Shown: in pieces, positions 61,544 to 64,000 of the stretch | Layout of the letters: each line of letters opens with the position of its first letter | Position numbering within the stretch: position 1 is the stretch's first letter | From: an uncultured Phaeodactylibacter sp. | Lineage (GTDB): Bacteria > Bacteroidota > Bacteroidia > Chitinophagales > Saprospiraceae | Direction: 5' to 3' | Length of the DNA stretch: 64,000 nt | Assembly: GCA_964418125.1 (NCBI GenBank) | Contig: CAYQKY010000005.1 | Coordinates: forward strand, 42,130 to 106,129 | Notes under the pieces: model-generated | Database searches by the model: none | Told to the model about the DNA's origin: nothing | Seen by the model: only the letters and a program-made list of their open reading frames with translations | Program-made: the position numbers and the translations under genes

Positions 61544-62050
61544 ATGTTCAGGATTGCCTTCATTACAGCCCTGTTGGCCGCCTCCTCTTTTTTTTCCTTC
61601 GGGCAGAAAAAAGCTTCTTCTCCTTCTTCCGAGGAAATGGCAATAAAAGAGGTGATCGAACAGGAATCCCGCACTTTCTGGGCCCGAGATTTTAAAAACT
61701 GGCAGAAGCTGTGGGTTCATGCCCCGTATACCGCGTGGACTTCGGCGTCTAATACCGGTGTTCGCCAGTATCACGGCTGGGAAGCCTGGAAAAAACAGGT
61801 AGAAAGCCTCTTTGAGGAAAGCCCGGAACCTATTCCTTACGATGGAGACGTGGAAAAATACAATTACAATTTCCGGATCTATGGCGATGGCGCCTGGGTG
61901 ACTTTCGAACAGAATAACAAAGGTACGACCACCTTCGAGACCCGGATACTGGAAAAGCACGGTGGAAAGTGGAAAATAGCTGCCGTCCAGCTACTTTTCA
62001 ATGCCAACCAGGATGAAGAAACGCCCGCTGATGAGGGCGCCAATGAGTAA
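61544..62050 (+). CDS. Secreted SnoaL/NTF2-like (DUF4440-type) protein
   Basis: Signal peptide MFRIAFITALLAASSFFSFGQ. It is a roughly 140-aa alpha+beta cone-like sequence with EEMAIKEVIEQESRTFWARDFKNWQKLW. Confidence 0.5.
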   Translation: MFRIAFITALLAASSFFSFGQKKASSPSSEEMAIKEVIEQESRTFWARDFKNWQKLWVHAPYTAWTSASNTGVRQYHGWEAWKKQVESLFEESPEPIPYDGDVEKYNYNFRIYGDGAWVTFEQNNKGTTTFETRILEKHGGKWKIAAVQLLFNANQDEETPADEGANE

Positions 62051-62220
62051 ACCTTCCCGCCTTGGAGCATTGGTGGCCACCGTAATTGCCGTCTTTCCCG
62101 TGGCCACCGCTCCTTTTTTATCCCTCCTATTTGCATTTCAGTTTGATGATCCTGCACTTCAGGGGCCTTTTTTTGCCCCGGCGCCCTTTTGCCGGCAAAT
62201 TGTGGTAAAAGCGCGTTGTC

Positions 62221-64000
62221 ATGCTTGTAAGGGCCACCTGCCTGATATCATTTCTCAGTTTGCTCTCCTGCCCGCTTTTCGGACAGGTTGTCATCTCCGG
62301 AAAGGTGGTGGATGAAGAGGGGGCGCCTGTTGTGGGCGCCAATGTTTTCATCCATGGCGCCTTTGACGGCGCCTCCACCTCCGTTGATGGCTATTTTGCA
62401 TTCAAGACAATGGTGAAGGACTCCACGGCGCTTTCCATCACTTACCTGGGGTACCGGCCATTTGAACAGGTATTGTCTTTGAAAACAGATAGCCTTTGGG
62501 TAGAAGCCCGCCTGCAGCCCGTAGCCAGTGAGCTGGACATGGTGGTCATTACCGCGGGGGCTTTCGAAGCCAGCGATGAGAAAAAAGCGGTGGTGTTGCG
62601 GCCCCTGGATATCGTCACTACCGCCGGGGCTACCGCTGACATCGCCGGGGCACTCAATACATTGCCCGGAACCCAAAGAGTGGGAGAGGAGGGGCGGTTA
62701 TTCGTCCGGGGTGGAGATGCCCATGAGGTGCAGACATTTATCGATGGCCTTCAGGTACAGAACCCTTACAGCAGCTCCGTGCCGGACCTTCCGGCACGGG
62801 GGCGATTCTCTCCCTTCCTCTTTAGGGAGACTACCTTTGCTACCGGAGGGTTCTCAGCGGAATACGGGCAGGCCCTATCCTCCGCGCTAATTCTGGAAAC
62901 ACAGGGCCTGCCGGAGGAATCCGTTACCGGTATTTCCCTGATGAGCCTCGGCCTGGGGTTATCCCATACCCAACGCTGGGAAAAGTCTTCTCTTGCCGTC
63001 TCGGGAGACTATTCCTCCCTTGGGCCGTACATCGGATTGGTACCCCAGAATATTGATTGGGAAGATCCGGTGGAGAGCAAAGGCAGCCAGGTAATATTTC
63101 GGCATAAACCTAATGAGGATGGCATTTTGAAATTCCAGGGAAGCGCCCAGCTTTCAGGTTTCACACTGTATTACCCAGACCCGGAGGACGTCAGCCGGCA
63201 ATTGCCCCTCAGCCTGGAAAACGACAATTATTACGCCAATACTGCGTACAGCGATATTTTGGGTGAAAAGTGGAGTTTACATGCCGGCCTGGGGTTCGCT
63301 TATGACCGGGAGGATATCCGGCAGGGCTTTCATCTAAACAAATCGGAACATTCTGCTCAGGTAAAAGTGGCGGCTCATTACTATTTCAGTGAAAAAACTA
63401 CCCTTAAGGTTGGTACAGAGGCCATTCGCCATCGCGTTGAAGAAAATTTTAACGAGCCAGCCAATTCTCCTTTCCAAACCCTGCTGGGAGATACTTACTC
63501 GGCAGCTTTTGCCGAAGTGGAGTCACATCTGGGGGCCCGGCTGGCCGGCAGGGCCGGCGCCAGAATGGAGCACAGTAGCCTGCTGGATAAGGGCGCCCTG
63601 TCTCCCCGCCTTTCCCTTGCCTGGAAAACGGGAAATTTTAGCCAGATATCGCTGGCCTATGGCCATTTCTACCAAAAGCCCAAAACAGAGCAGTTGCGCT
63701 TTAACCATGAACTGGGGTTCGAAAGGGCAACCCATTACATCCTGAATTATCAGTACCAGCGCGGCCGGCGCCTTTTTCGGGTGGAAGGGTATTACAAAAA
63801 ATATGGCCAACTGGTGCGCTTTCAGGCAGAACAGCCCTGGTTGAGCGGCAATTCCGGCTCCGGCTATTCCAGAGGAGTGGATGTTTTCTACCGGGACAGG
63901 TCCTCCGTACGGAATGGCGATTTCTGGATCTCCTATTCCTTTCTTGATACCGAGCGGGAATACCTGGACTTTCCCGAACCGGCTACCCCCTATTTCGCTT
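62221..64000 (+). CDS. TonB-dependent receptor with an N-terminal carboxypeptidase-regulatory-like domain (3' end outside the window, not in the ORF track)
   Basis: My own translation from the ATG at 62221 gives MLVRATCLISFLSLLSCPLFGQVVISGKVVDEEGAPVVGANVFIHG... and the plug LDIVTTAGATADIAGALNTLPGTQRVGEEGRLFVRGGD. The frame stays open to 64000 (...ISYSFLDTEREYLDFPEPATPYFA). Confidence 0.8.
   Translation, partial: MLVRATCLISFLSLLSCPLFGQVVISGKVVDEEGAPVVGANVFIHGAFDGASTSVDGYFAFKTMVKDSTALSITYLGYRPFEQVLSLKTDSLWVEARLQPVASELDMVVITAGAFEASDEKKAVVLRPLDIVTTAGATADIAGALNTLPGTQRVGEEGRLFVRGGDAHEVQTFIDGLQVQNPYSSSVPDLPARGRFSPFLFRETTFATGGFSAEYGQALSSALILETQGLPEESVTGISLMSLGLGLSHTQRWEKSSLAVSGDYSSLGPYIGLVPQNIDWEDPVESKGSQVIFRHKPNEDGILKFQGSAQLSGFTLYYPDPEDVSRQLPLSLENDNYYANTAYSDILGEKWSLHAGLGFAYDREDIRQGFHLNKSEHSAQVKVAAHYYFSEKTTLKVGTEAIRHRVEENFNEPANSPFQTLLGDTYSAAFAEVESHLGARLAGRAGARMEHSSLLDKGALSPRLSLAWKTGNFSQISLAYGHFYQKPKTEQLRFNHELGFERATHYILNYQYQRGRRLFRVEGYYKKYGQLVRFQAEQPWLSGNSGSGYSRGVDVFYRDRSSVRNGDFWISYSFLDTEREYLDFPEPATPYFA

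Noticed and set aside
62051-62220. Riboswitch (for example cobalamin) upstream of the terminal TonB-dependent receptor
   Set aside because: The leader contains two GTGGCCACCG copies and a weak GGGGC/GCCCC hairpin. It lacks the conserved B12-box and core motifs I know, so there is no support from the sequence alone.

Overview
This is a chromosomal, mostly housekeeping window from a Bacteroidota genome. The assignment rests on a SusC/SusD pair, several T9SS C-terminal sorting domains, BshC and TAnnTTTG-type promoter boxes. It looks moderately GC-rich by eye, which explains the many long antisense shadow ORFs in the track. I support about 60 protein genes and one tRNA-His(GTG). I see no rRNA, CRISPR array, transposase, integrase, reverse transcriptase or recognisable phage or defence cassette. 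Recognisable modules are listed here. (1) SusC/SusD plus a secreted LamG/PNGase F-like T9SS protein. (2) CBS, kdsB, a NUDIX gene and cdd. (3) Saccharopine-dehydrogenase paralogs with the carboxynorspermidine pathway (CANSDH plus nspC). (4) prmC and mqnB. (5) GH1, a TolB-like propeller and a redoxin-dockerin protein. (6) lipB. (7) hemE, accD, bshC and glpK. (8) The selenouridine pair mnmH/selD. (9) An ECF sigma/anti-sigma operon. (10) engB, a PlsB-like acyltransferase and a BacNaV-type channel. (11) A LytS/LytTR two-component pair. Nothing here is an obvious complete novel system. The most unusual items are as follows. (a) A 912-aa fusion of a TIR-like module, a 27-Glu tract, TPR repeats and a complete SDR enzyme. 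(b) A recurring class of intergenic hairpins built from locus-specific 7-9 nt tandem units and their reverse complements, seen at eight or more loci, including one in a divergent promoter region. (c) A flippase-like ORF with no canonical start codon, separated from the upstream dehydrogenase gene by a single in-frame TAG. (d) Orphan FRG-domain and DUF434/PIN-like genes. (e) An unlisted 54-aa secreted-peptide ORF at the tail of the ECF operon. All functional calls come from motif recognition by eye. No database search was run.
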